From assembly GCA_024275415.1 (NCBI GenBank), contig JAJRZD010000059.1, positions 54,169 to 86,168 of the forward strand: DNA of 32,000 nt, read 5' to 3'. Below the pieces are notes generated by a model. The model made no database searches, was not told the origin of the DNA, and was given only the letters and a program-made list of their open reading frames with translations. The position numbers and the translations under genes are program-made. Within the stretch, counting starts at the first letter, position 1; every line of letters begins with the position of its first letter. Source of the DNA: an archaeon. Lineage in GTDB: Archaea; Asgardarchaeota; Thorarchaeia; Thorarchaeales; Thorarchaeaceae. Below, in pieces: positions 14,331 through 25,000 of this stretch.

Positions 14331-17207
14331 ATGTTGTCGATTGTTCAGGATATTTTGAAAGATATTTCTGGTATTCATCCCGACATAACTTTGAAGAATC
14401 AGATACTCTCGTTGGCTGGAACTATCACCGCAACGATAGGACTGGTATTTTGTGAGAGCACTATAGGTTATGCGTGGGAAAAAATCGAATGGGTCAACAA
14501 TCAATTCAATGTGGCAGTCATATTTTATTTTTCCATATTTTGGCTAGTCATTGTTCTAAGTAACCTAAATAGGCCTTTAGTTGTTCCATTCTTTTTGCTG
14601 GTTTCTGAGGCATTAAGATATTATTATTACCAATTACTATCCCAAATAGAATATGAATTAATGTCATTGATCATGTCTACAGTAGCACTTGTAGGGGGTA
14701 TCATTCTCACAAAAATAGATTACCGCAGCATAATCGGTTCATTTCGAGAGCAATCACATTTATTGAAATCCATGCATAATATAACTTTGATAGCATCGCT
14801 TGTTGCTTGGATTAGTTTGTATATTTCAGGTCATTTCATTGAAACGTGGATTAACATTATCATCTCGTTTGCGACCATCGGGCTGACGATATCATATGCT
14901 ACAAAGAATAAGACATTGAACATCGTGTTTTTACTTAATTACATTCTGGCATTAGGAGTCGTTGTCTTTATTCTCAGCAATTTAGTTTATAATGGGATTA
15001 TTCTATTAGTTACATCTACATCCCAATGGATTGCATTTGTTTTTGCCGTGTCTACATTTGCTGGTTATCTTGTGAGCGAATGCATCAACCTAGAAAAAAT
15101 GATGAGATGGTTTTTAATAGCACTAATGATTCTCTCTACCGCAATAATCTTGCTTCCTGTTTCAGTAGTTCTTGTTTATTCATTCACATCACATAGTTCA
15201 ACGGCAGTCGTGCCTGTCATTGAGTTAGTCATATTCATTAGTCAATTGATTGTCATACTTGGATTTGGTATATATTATCACCACCCAGATAAACAACGGG
15301 CATTCATTTTCTTTGCAATTGGATATTATTCATTCATCACATATTTCCCTATCCTTACCCCGATAGGAATATCATACTATGCATATGATGGTTTATTCAA
15401 TTTGTTATTTCAGGAAACCCATGGAGTATTAGTAACCGCTACCTTGACACTTTTAGTATTGGTGTTAATCAGCAGTAGAAACAATGTAGGATTTGAAATC
15501 CTCGAGCTTAATCTTGATACGATCAAATTCCGAATAGAGAAAATGCACAAAAAAGAGATAACTTTTGACACGCCAAAGGAAAGAAAATCATTACAAAATA
15601 GAATACAAAAGGACTATGATACAATTGAATTAATGCTTGCGGAGTTGGCGGAACATCACAACATAACCCCCTCCATATCAGAATCATGCGATAAGATGAG
15701 GGCGTTACTTGATAAAACATACGACAAAATCATGCAACAGGTAAAAGATCGAAACAAGATACTAGCCATGGCGAACAGACTCGATGAGGAACTGCTTACA
15801 GAAATCAAGAATGCCGATGATGTTTCAAGACCACTAACCATTAGGCTTGAAGCTCTTCAGAGAAAACTTGCTGAAACAGTGAGAAAAACAGACACGATTC
15901 CCGAACCACCAAAGTGGATTCTAAAGACGTTACAGAAAGCTCGAAGAAAAATTAAATTCTTGGAAAAGTATCCAGCCCACAATAGTTCAAGGGTACCTCA
16001 GATTGTAGAAAGAATACCCGAAATAAAGACAACGGAAACATCAGCTGAGATATCGTCATCATCATCAGTTGCTACCGAAGATCCAATCACCGATGAGTTA
16101 AAGGAAATTAAAGTAACAAGAGGCTATGTCATTTCTGGGGGCACATTCCAATACAAGGTTAAAATTGAGAATAACACATCTTATGTCATTACCGACGTAG
16201 GTGTTTCAATAATTTCATATCCTGAAGATTGCATGGAGCTAGGAGAAGCGAGATTTCGTAAGATTTCCAAGATAGAACCGAAGGGATTCAGGTCTCTCGA
16301 ATTCACACTCATTCCTACAAAGGATTGCGTAAAAGGGGCAGTTCTTGCTAACGTATCCTTTGTGGATCACACTGGAAAGATGCAGTCCTACAATGTAGAA
16401 CCCCAAATCATACGTTCCGTATGTGACCTATTGATTCCACTAAAGACGTCACTAAGCCAATTTTACGATTTGCTTGATAAATGCCATGCGGATGGAACTA
16501 GGAAAGAAGAAAGAATAGAACAAAATGTGCAATCCATGTATCATAAGATAAAAAGTACTCTTCCCAGCATGAATTTCCACATCATTCATAGTGAATCAAA
16601 TAATATTGGAGGACAATTCTTTGGCACTGTAAGAGCTTCGGCGAAGGGAAAGTACAACCGTAACCAAATTATCCTTGAAATTATAGCAAGGGGATTCCTA
16701 GAAGAAGATGAGTGTCGGGTTACAATCAGTGCCTGTGGCGACAATCCTAACATGCTCCCAATAACTATAGTTGAAATGATAAAAGAATTTAGGAAAGATG
16801 TTCGTCAACTGAAAAGCTTGATGAGTGTAATTTACAAAAACACTGCTTCTCTGATGGATGCAGCAGGGGAGAGCCAACAGAATCAAGATTTAATCATGAA
16901 ACACCTCAAAAACATAGAAGCAAAGACTGATGCGAATTCTCTTTTCACAAAAGATTTTCTAACCAGTATCCATGATGCGCTAATGTCTGCTGAAAGTACG
17001 TCTAAGCAAAACGAAATTGTGCTTCAGGAAATACTTGATAAAGTCGACTTTTTAGCTGAGAAACACAAGCTACCAAAAAAGCTCCGAAATAGAATTTCAG
17101 GCAGCATTCGTTCATTGTCAAAATCTGTAGTAAAAGAAAGCACAGCATCTTTGCTCTGGGGGGCTGTAAGGGCAACATTAATCATACTTGGGTTTCAAAT
17201 CGTTTAG
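14331..17207 (+). CDS. Polytopic membrane protein with coiled coil and putative GAE + platform (adaptin/coatomer/BBSome appendage-like) region
   Basis: About 380 aa with roughly a dozen hydrophobic segments, a charged helical region, a beta-sandwich pattern (YKVKIENNTSYVITDV...IEPKG...VSFVD), then PLKTSLSQFYDLL and an alpha/beta platform pattern. Confidence 0.8.
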   Translation: MLSIVQDILKDISGIHPDITLKNQILSLAGTITATIGLVFCESTIGYAWEKIEWVNNQFNVAVIFYFSIFWLVIVLSNLNRPLVVPFFLLVSEALRYYYYQLLSQIEYELMSLIMSTVALVGGIILTKIDYRSIIGSFREQSHLLKSMHNITLIASLVAWISLYISGHFIETWINIIISFATIGLTISYATKNKTLNIVFLLNYILALGVVVFILSNLVYNGIILLVTSTSQWIAFVFAVSTFAGYLVSECINLEKMMRWFLIALMILSTAIILLPVSVVLVYSFTSHSSTAVVPVIELVIFISQLIVILGFGIYYHHPDKQRAFIFFAIGYYSFITYFPILTPIGISYYAYDGLFNLLFQETHGVLVTATLTLLVLVLISSRNNVGFEILELNLDTIKFRIEKMHKKEITFDTPKERKSLQNRIQKDYDTIELMLAELAEHHNITPSISESCDKMRALLDKTYDKIMQQVKDRNKILAMANRLDEELLTEIKNADDVSRPLTIRLEALQRKLAETVRKTDTIPEPPKWILKTLQKARRKIKFLEKYPAHNSSRVPQIVERIPEIKTTETSAEISSSSSVATEDPITDELKEIKVTRGYVISGGTFQYKVKIENNTSYVITDVGVSIISYPEDCMELGEARFRKISKIEPKGFRSLEFTLIPTKDCVKGAVLANVSFVDHTGKMQSYNVEPQIIRSVCDLLIPLKTSLSQFYDLLDKCHADGTRKEERIEQNVQSMYHKIKSTLPSMNFHIIHSESNNIGGQFFGTVRASAKGKYNRNQIILEIIARGFLEEDECRVTISACGDNPNMLPITIVEMIKEFRKDVRQLKSLMSVIYKNTASLMDAAGESQQNQDLIMKHLKNIEAKTDANSLFTKDFLTSIHDALMSAESTSKQNEIVLQEILDKVDFLAEKHKLPKKLRNRISGSIRSLSKSVVKESTASLLWGAVRATLIILGFQIV

Positions 17208-17239
17208 AAATCTGGCTACTCGACAACCAAAATATATTT

Positions 17240-17271
17240 GGAAAATATTGGGAGGGGAGATTGCTCCCCTC
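17240..17271 (-). terminator. Intrinsic-type terminator of the hydrogenase operon
   Basis: GAGGGGAG-ATTG-CTCCCCTC 8-bp stem (17252-17271), 8 nt past the hydA stop, followed on the minus strand by an AT-rich tract containing TTTT. Confidence 0.6.
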
Positions 17272-17279
17272 ACACTCGA

Positions 17280-18560
17280 CTAGATGACTTCGGTCATATG
17301 ACAAGAGCAACTGATACATGGGTCATATGCACGGATCAGTCTGTTCAGATTGAACATGATTTCATCTTTGTTCTTGCCTGCGATTTGCGGGAAGAATGCA
17401 CGGACATCCTCTTCCATGTTCACGTAATTCATGGTAGTAGGTGCGATTATGTCTGCCTTCGTCAAGAGACCCTTCTTATCAAACTCGTACGAGTGGACGA
17501 GCGAGCCGCGTGGTGCCTCTGTGATGTGAGTCCCTTTGCCCGCCTTGGGGATTACTTCGGGCTCATGCCACTCAAGGTCGGCCTTCAGAAGCCGTTCGAT
17601 TGTGTTCTCGGCCATTTCGAAGACCTGAGCAGTTTCAATGAGCTGTGCAGCATTGTTATGGAACGTGTTGTAGCTTGGCAGCTTTATCCCCAGTTGGTCA
17701 AGAACCTTCTTTGCAAACGGGAGCAGCAGATCCTTGTTGATATTCAGCCTCGCCAGCGCACCGACAAAGAATGCCTCGCCCTTGTGCTCACAAGCCTTTG
17801 CCTGACTGTAATCAGGAATCTTCTCCTGAATGTACTTCTTGTATTCTTCCACGGGCGCTCTGATACCGCTAAGAGTTGCAATATCCCCATCAACAAGAGC
17901 GTACTCGTCATCCCTGCGTAACGCCAAGAACTCAGTCTGTCGCTCGAATGGAATCTCGTCCAGAGTTGCCCAGACATCCACACACTTTTGCAGGTCTGCG
18001 CGTGCCTTGATCAGGCGGTACTTCATCTTTTCCAGTTCCTCCTTTTCAGGGTAGATGGAGAAACCGCCGACTTGCACGGAAACCTGATGAACCTCGCGCC
18101 CTCCAGTGAGAATCTGGATGTCGTTCCCAAGCTTCTTCAGTTTGAGTGCTATCTTGACGAGGTCTGGGAAGTCAGCCATGGCAGAGATTACGCTTTCATG
18201 ACCAACATAATCGGGAAGGGCGAGGTAGAGCGCATGGAGGATATGGGACTCGATATACTCGCCCCAGATGAGGAGCCTGCGGAGATCGATATCCTGCTCG
18301 GACACCTTGATTCCCATCGCTTTCTCCACTGCCATCGTAGAAACTATCCTATGGGATGCACTGCATATCGCACATATCCGACAAGCGATCTCGGGCACTT
18401 CTCTGAATTCGCGTCCAACGAGGAATGCCTCGAAGAGTCGAGCACCTTCGTCCACAGACATTTTGACATCCACAAGTTTCTTGCCTTTGGTCGTCACATA
18501 GAGGGAGCCATGCCCTTCGACCCTAGCGATATGTTTCAATTCGATGTTGCTACTTGTCAT
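17280..18560 (-). CDS. hydA: Group 3b [NiFe]-hydrogenase (sulfhydrogenase) large/alpha subunit
   Basis: ARVEGHG, L1 RICAIC, EAPRG, L2 RAYDPCISCSCH plus a short cleavable C-terminal extension MTEVI. Confidence 0.96.
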   Translation of the reverse strand: MTSSNIELKHIARVEGHGSLYVTTKGKKLVDVKMSVDEGARLFEAFLVGREFREVPEIACRICAICSASHRIVSTMAVEKAMGIKVSEQDIDLRRLLIWGEYIESHILHALYLALPDYVGHESVISAMADFPDLVKIALKLKKLGNDIQILTGGREVHQVSVQVGGFSIYPEKEELEKMKYRLIKARADLQKCVDVWATLDEIPFERQTEFLALRRDDEYALVDGDIATLSGIRAPVEEYKKYIQEKIPDYSQAKACEHKGEAFFVGALARLNINKDLLLPFAKKVLDQLGIKLPSYNTFHNNAAQLIETAQVFEMAENTIERLLKADLEWHEPEVIPKAGKGTHITEAPRGSLVHSYEFDKKGLLTKADIIAPTTMNYVNMEEDVRAFFPQIAGKNKDEIMFNLNRLIRAYDPCISCSCHMTEVI

Positions 18561-19339
18561 TAGAAAACCAACTCCTGGAATTCCTCCATGTCAGCCGTTG
18601 AGGGGCAATACTTCAAGAAGCGACGTTTGATCTCTTCGGGGGTCGCCCCTAGTTCCTGTAGTATCTTGTACTCGGCACCCCAATTCACCTGAGCCACAGG
18701 ACCACGACAGCCCTCACACACGGCACCATTGCTCGGGCATAGTGCATCACAACCAGCTTGGGTGACTGGCCCCATGCAGAACTTGCCTTCCTTGAGAAGG
18801 CATGCGTTCTCTCGGATACGGCATTCGTAACATACTGCAAAGTTAGGTATCTGGGGTGTCTTGCCAACGGCTAGTGCCTTTACTGCACGAACGAACTCGT
18901 TCTTATCCATCGGACACCCTGGCAGTGCCGCATCGACCTGTACGTAATGCGATACGGGCATAATCTTGTCCATGATGTCAAGATGGTCTGTCGTGTCGCC
19001 GTACACGGTCTTCTTCATCGCGCTTGTATCACGCAGATTCCTCATCGCAGGGAGACCACCATGTGTCGCGCATGACCCGATAGTGATGAGGATCTTGGAG
19101 TTCTCACGGATCTTCTTTATCCGCTCGATCTCGGACTTCTTGGCGATAGAGCCTTCAACTAACGCTATGTCCCAAGGACCCGGAGAGTTCTCAGCCTTTG
19201 CCATGACCCAAGTTGTGATATCAATCAACCCTATGAGGTCAACTATATGGTCCTCAAGGTTTAGGATATTCAACTGACAGCCAGCACATCCTGTGAATCC
19301 GAAGATGCCGACCTTTGGTTTTGCTTTCGCTTTTGCCAT
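18560..19339 (-). CDS. hydD: Group 3b [NiFe]-hydrogenase small/delta subunit
   Basis: FTGCAGCQ, GSCATHGG, LPGCP, VCYEC...C..CMGP..GC...CP...CEGCRG. Overlaps the hydA start. Confidence 0.96.
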   Translation of the reverse strand: MAKAKAKPKVGIFGFTGCAGCQLNILNLEDHIVDLIGLIDITTWVMAKAENSPGPWDIALVEGSIAKKSEIERIKKIRENSKILITIGSCATHGGLPAMRNLRDTSAMKKTVYGDTTDHLDIMDKIMPVSHYVQVDAALPGCPMDKNEFVRAVKALAVGKTPQIPNFAVCYECRIRENACLLKEGKFCMGPVTQAGCDALCPSNGAVCEGCRGPVAQVNWGAEYKILQELGATPEEIKRRFLKYCPSTADMEEFQELVF

Positions 19340-19350
19340 CTCATGACCTC

Positions 19351-20199
19351 CTAGATACTCTCCATAAGGCGTTCAGCCTCGAAGTACGTGAACACAGGCC
19401 CATCCATGCAGGTCAGCTTGTGGCCGACCTGACAGTGGGCGCATTTACCGATGCCACACTTCATCCTCCGTTCCAGCGAGAGCAGGATCTCGTCCCTTGC
19501 GAATCCTAGCTTGAGAAGATCCCGTACGACGAACTTGTACATGACAGGAGGACCACATATGAGAGCCATTGTGTTTGCAGAGTCCACAGCACACACGCTG
19601 AACAGTGTCGTCACGACGCCTACATTGCCCTGCCAAGTGGTATGGCACTCATCCACTGTCTGGTGAACCTCAAAGTCGGGGATGTTCGGCCAGACTTTCT
19701 CGATCTCATCGACAAAGACCCGTTCTTCTGGCAGACATGCTCCGTAAAATATCGTCACTTTCCCATAGTCATCTCGTCTGTCTGCGACATAGTTGATGAC
19801 TGAACGGAGCGGGACAAGCCCGATGCCTCCTGCAACGAATAGAAGATTATGGCCTTTCATCTTGTTCATCGGAAAGCCGTTCCCATAGGGGCCGCGAATG
19901 CCACTCCTAGCACCCACTTCAAGTGCGTGGATAGCTTCGGTGACATCACCTGTTTTACGGATGCCAAGTTCAATGACACCCTTTCGGGTCGGAGTTGAGG
20001 ATATAGAGAATGGGGCTTCTCCGATACCGAAGATGCTAACTTGCACGAACTGTCCTGGGTTGTAGGTGAACAGGTCACGGATCTCAGGTTCCTCGAACAT
20101 GAACTCGAAAAGAGTTTCCTTCTCGGTCATTTGGGTCTTCTTGATAAGCTTCGCAATGTGGGGGACGTACTCGTTGTCTTTCTTCAATTGAACCTGCAT
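19351..20199 (-). CDS. hydG: Sulfhydrogenase gamma subunit (FAD/NAD-binding, [2Fe-2S])
   Basis: PGQFV, GEAPFSISS, RGPYGNGF, AGGIGLVP, ICGPPVM, ERRMKCGIGKCAHC...CMDGPVF. Confidence 0.96.
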   Translation of the reverse strand: MQVQLKKDNEYVPHIAKLIKKTQMTEKETLFEFMFEEPEIRDLFTYNPGQFVQVSIFGIGEAPFSISSTPTRKGVIELGIRKTGDVTEAIHALEVGARSGIRGPYGNGFPMNKMKGHNLLFVAGGIGLVPLRSVINYVADRRDDYGKVTIFYGACLPEERVFVDEIEKVWPNIPDFEVHQTVDECHTTWQGNVGVVTTLFSVCAVDSANTMALICGPPVMYKFVVRDLLKLGFARDEILLSLERRMKCGIGKCAHCQVGHKLTCMDGPVFTYFEAERLMESI

Positions 20200-21303
20200 T
20201 TACAGACCTCCCTGTGGAGTTGGAGATGCTGCCCAGTACTCTTGCAGTCTGAACAGGACATCTTTGATGCTGATTCCTGCGGGACATGCATCGATACATC
20301 TCCCACAGCCAGTACATGCTATTTCCCCTTGATCATGGATAGCTCCACGGAACTTGTGATAGAACCGATACTTGAGGCGGGCCGGTGGGTCTTCACGGAA
20401 ATTGTGGTTCCCTGCGACGAGGGCGAAATCGTAGAACAGGCAGGTGTCCCACTTCCGGACTCGCTCTGCCTTCGAGATAGAAAGGTCAACCTCGTCCTGA
20501 ACGTCAAAGCAATAGCAAGTAGGACAGACCAAGGCACATGAGCCGCAGTTCATGCACTTCTCACCCAGCTCGTCCCAGATGGCATCATCCCAAGCGAGGT
20601 CAAGGGTCTCATGGATATTGTCAATATGCAATGCAACAGGAAGGTTCTCGTGTTTCTTATGCAATGCAGCAGTGAATGCCGCACCGTCTTCTTCCTTCGC
20701 CTCCTTGAAGAACTCGTGAGCTATGGTGAGGATCCTATCACCACGAGGCGACCCGACATGCACATAGTAGTGCGTATCAGAAATCTCCGTCAGGAACAGG
20801 TCATAACCGTCAAGGACGAAGTTCTTGTTAACTGCACGACAGAAACCGTACTTGCATGGCTCCAAGCAATTCAGACCAATGACGGTCGTTATCTCCTTGT
20901 ACGCCTGAAAATATGGGTCGTCATATTTCCCATCAAACACTCTGTTGAGAAAATTGATTCCATTGATATCGCATGAATGTACTCCAAAGAGGATCTTGGG
21001 TTTCTGGTCAAGAATATCCTTGACAGTATCCTCAATAGTGGCATTCTTCAGACTGACCTCCATGAGAGTCTGACTACTTGGAAGATAGTACTTCTTTGGC
21101 GACATGATTGTGGAATCATAGTCGAGATTCATTTTTGTAGGGTCGGTCACCGGTGCGAACACATAGGAGGTACGCTTCGGCATTGGACCAAACACCTCAT
21201 ATTCTTCCTTGAGAGCCTCGACGAGCTTTGGGATCTCATCTTTTCGAATGGTATAGGTCTGCATCACCATCATTCCTTTGTCAAAGGTTCGACCCGCTTG
21301 CAA
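20200..21303 (-). CDS. hydB: Sulfhydrogenase beta subunit (4Fe-4S dicluster); start probably 21264-21273
   Basis: FGVHSCD, CMNCGSCALVCPTCYCF, R..WDTC, CTGCGRCIDACP. Confidence 0.95.
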   Translation of the reverse strand: MQAGRTFDKGMMVMQTYTIRKDEIPKLVEALKEEYEVFGPMPKRTSYVFAPVTDPTKMNLDYDSTIMSPKKYYLPSSQTLMEVSLKNATIEDTVKDILDQKPKILFGVHSCDINGINFLNRVFDGKYDDPYFQAYKEITTVIGLNCLEPCKYGFCRAVNKNFVLDGYDLFLTEISDTHYYVHVGSPRGDRILTIAHEFFKEAKEEDGAAFTAALHKKHENLPVALHIDNIHETLDLAWDDAIWDELGEKCMNCGSCALVCPTCYCFDVQDEVDLSISKAERVRKWDTCLFYDFALVAGNHNFREDPPARLKYRFYHKFRGAIHDQGEIACTGCGRCIDACPAGISIKDVLFRLQEYWAASPTPQGGL

Positions 21304-21528
21304 TTTTTCTCGTGATAACTGTTGAGGAATCGCAATCGATAGGGTTGAACTCGAAGGCGTTCAATTAGAAACATTTCAATCTTCGTTGTGTGTAAAAACG
21401 AACATTATTGATGGTTAAGTGCGAATCCCCCATTTTGGAGCATTTTGCTGCTGGTTCAGAGCTAGCAAGGGACACCTACGACCTCATCTTTTGTACGTGC
21501 TCTTAAGCCACAGGCATGATGATTACTT

Positions 21529-22014
21529 GTGAACCGGATGACGGTCAAAGACAAACAACAAGGCTTCCAACCAATCGCAACTCTTACAGAAGACTTGCAC
21601 GAGGTGGATGTCAGGTTCAAGGTCATTGGCTGCTCATCTACACGAATCGTCACGTCGAAGAGAACGGGCAAGAAGTACAATTTACAGGAAATAGTCGTAG
21701 CGGATGAAACAGCCATGATCAAGCTCGTCCTGTGGAACGACAGTTGCGAGTCTTTTGAGGTCGGAGGCACATACATGCTCCGACAAGGGATATTGAAAGT
21801 CTACGACTTCTCAATGCAGTTGTCCGTAGGACGAAAAAGTATTCTCTCAGTAAATGAAACGGATATCGAGTCCCCGAACATCGAGATGGACATGAGTAGA
21901 CCATTCATGGGTAGGAAAAAGAAAAGAAAAAAGGCGCTCAGAAGAGAAGGACGAACCTTCTATGGAGCGCCGGGTAGGACTCCGACGGGATACTGCACCG
22001 ACAAGGAGTTCTAA
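21529..22014 (+). CDS. ssb: Single OB-fold ssDNA-binding protein (SSB/RPA-like) with basic C-terminal tail
   Basis: VRFKVI, VVADETAMIKLVLWND, MQLSVGR OB-fold pattern. Confidence 0.82.
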   Translation: MNRMTVKDKQQGFQPIATLTEDLHEVDVRFKVIGCSSTRIVTSKRTGKKYNLQEIVVADETAMIKLVLWNDSCESFEVGGTYMLRQGILKVYDFSMQLSVGRKSILSVNETDIESPNIEMDMSRPFMGRKKKRKKALRREGRTFYGAPGRTPTGYCTDKEF

Positions 22015-22019
22015 GCCAT

Positions 22020-25000
22020 TCATGGAGCTAGGATTGGCATCATATAGACACCGAATAGCACCAGTGATCCAATGAGCGCGAACAGTATCACCAAACGGAC
22101 ATACGCTAGTCGAGGCTGTTCAGCCTCACGCTCCTTGATGAATAGTGCAGTGAAGAGCAGGAAGGGTGCCAAAGCCAACAAGAGTCCTTGGACAAACTCG
22201 CCAATTGCAGAGGTCAGTGATGTGAAGGCAAAACCAGTGATAGCAAAGAAGAGGGGTGCGGCAAAGAGATGTTTTGAAACCCTTAATGCCACTGGGAATA
22301 TGACCCACGCTGCGACGAACATCGCGAGGTAAAAGCTCAACAACGCTGGGAACCACGAAAGCGAGATGAGATAGGTGGTCATCGCGGAGGTAAGAGATGT
22401 CGCAATCCACAGCGCAGTTCGTAGTGACTCGTTCAACAGGCGTGTGAATGTCGAAAGGAGCAGGAACAGTGTCCCTATCATGATAGCAAGCGAAAGGGAC
22501 ATTGGAGTAAATCCGAGAAACTCGCTAATGATCAGAGAAACCGCGACAGGGATTGGTACCCAGAAAACCGAGATTCTCGCGCCTTCGATGCGTTTCTCAA
22601 GGAGGACAGAAAGCCCGCCCAAGGAGGTAAAGACCACACCAAGCCCGATTGAAAGAAGAACGAAGCCGTGATCAAGAAGCCAAGTGCTGGTGGTCACTGC
22701 AGTCCCACCTAGCGCGATGAGGATGCAAGAAACCCCAAACAGAGACTTTACCCGTCTACGGATTATTGCGATCGTAAGGAGAAGCAGACCGAGAATCATG
22801 ACTGACATGCTGTATCTCGGCACCCAATAGAGGACACTGCCGGGGTTCATCCCAATAAGGTCGCTAAAGAATGACTGAGAGAAATAAGACAGACCTAATG
22901 CGAAGATAGATGAGAACATGACCCAATTGATGTAGCCGAATCGCTCGAAGAAGATGCGGACAGCATGAGCGAATCTACGAAATGCTCGACCAATCAGGGT
23001 TCCTATGTCCATTAGGGCTCTGCCAATGACCCGAATGACCCTAGCAAATACAGCAAGGGCACTGGTTATAGCAGACTTGAGGAAGGGGGTTTCCATGACA
23101 AAAGCAAGGAATAGCGCAACTCCTAGTGCGGTGGACGGGTAGAGCCCATTGTGAATTGTCAACCCGAGGAAGGTAGCAGGGAGAATGACTATGCCTGACA
23201 GCATCCAACTCCGTCGAGCAGGATTCATAAATCCGAAGAGGTAGTTAAGCCCTGCCATTAGCATGAGTGATACTGCAATCGACCCGAGGATATGATACGA
23301 AATGACGAGGACATCAGGAGGTGACTCGGGGAGATAGATGCTCAACAGAAGGATCGCAGTGCCTCTCCCCAACAATGCAACCGATGGGGCACGAACCCGC
23401 TTGTTGATAGTCCCGTTCGCAAAGGCTCCTTCCAAGAGATACATCACACCCATTGAAACCGTAGCAACAGACATGGCTTGTAGATAGTGCCGTACATCCA
23501 ATCCGAGAAGAGGACGTGCCGTCTGGAAAAGGAAGAATGACCCGAACCAGACCCCCACAATCACTGGAAGGACAAGCGCGATATTCACAGAGTTCAGCTT
23601 GATGAAAGTATAGAACCTCACCAAGCCAGAATACATGTATCCGCCTAGTGTTGGGATCTCAAGCATTCCCCAAATTGCGATGATGAGGATGTAACTTGGA
23701 ATGCTGGGAACAAAGGCGAATACAGACCAGATGAGAAGGGCCACTGACGAAGAAACCATCGCGTTGACAAAGAGCAGAAGTGATCGTCTGGGCTCAGGAT
23801 GTACAAGAACGAATATCAAAGATGCAAATGAGAAGCAGAGAGAAGTGGCCTGCACAACGAATGTCGGATTGAAGAGAACCGAGTACGAGTAGCCAATCAA
23901 CGTCCAACCAGGGATAGACAGGCTCCACGTCATATGGGACACTTGCTCACTCGAAAGCTCACCCTGTTTTGCCTCATTATACCTGCCCATTGAACCAGAA
24001 AGCACGGAGAATATCGACAGGCTCCACCCAACAGAAAGCAGAATGTTAGGAGGGGGGAGAAGAAGGGCAATCTCCCATCCTGAGATGAATGCACCTAGTG
24101 TTATAGACAGAAGAATAGAAACAAAGTCCCATACCATCTCGAAGTCGAGCCATGTGAGATTCTTAGTGACTGGAAATACTACGGTTGTTGTGAGCAGGAA
24201 TGATGCCCCGAGAAGTAGGACTGAAAGAGGTAGAGCGAAAACCAGAACTGCATGCCAAACCCAGACCACTTCGACCAATACAATTGCCGTTGTGCAGAAG
24301 GATCGGGAGATGCCTTGCTGGACGATGCCACTCCAAGGGGTCCAGATGGATGACAGATACCACACAAATAGTGCTGTCGGAATGACAAGGAAGAATGATT
24401 CGACAGTTCGGTACCCGATATACCAGAGTGAAGAGAATATTGCAGACGACAGGACTCGCAATATTTGCCAGTAGATTCTCCGTTCAGACTCAAAGGATGT
24501 AACGAAGAGTATGCCAAGAGCTGTCATCGATGAAATCACAGCAGATTGTAACAGGTCAACGCTCAGAAGTAGGGACAGGTAGGAGAAAATTGTGACGCTG
24601 AGAGTGAATGAGAGGATGTTCACAAGGATGAACCTTGTTTCCCTCTGAACTTCACCCCAGTTAGAAATAACAGTGATTGTAAGGAACGCCAGTATCGAAA
24701 CCTCGACTGAGAGAATCGAACCCGGCGGGAGTGACCCGTACAATATCACTGTCAGTAAAATTGCTCTGAGTATCCCTAGCTTGTCTGAATGCTCTGAGAA
24801 ACGGTATTCGCTGTCAGGAGTAAGCCTCACCAGCTCCACAGCCACCAAGATTGGTACTGTGTATTGCACTAGTGGTAGGAACCAGAACAGGAGGAATGTC
24901 ATGTAGCCTGACGCGATGCTGAAAAGCCACCACACTTGCCAAGATCGAGTTTCCTGTGCAAGGGTGAGGAAGAGTGTTTCTGTCACCACAAAGCTGGTCA

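Noticed and set aside
17238-17921. 227-aa plus-strand ORF (and 17988-18563, 20041-20541) opposite the hydrogenase genes
   Set aside because: Antisense shadows of conserved hydrogenase subunits.
21345-21402. Two 6-bp inverted repeats upstream of hydB (TTGAAC-N8-GTTCAA and TTCGTT-N9-AACGAA) as operators
   Set aside because: Short, unlike each other, and not matching a motif I can name (not the SurR GTT-N3-AAC pattern). Expected by chance.
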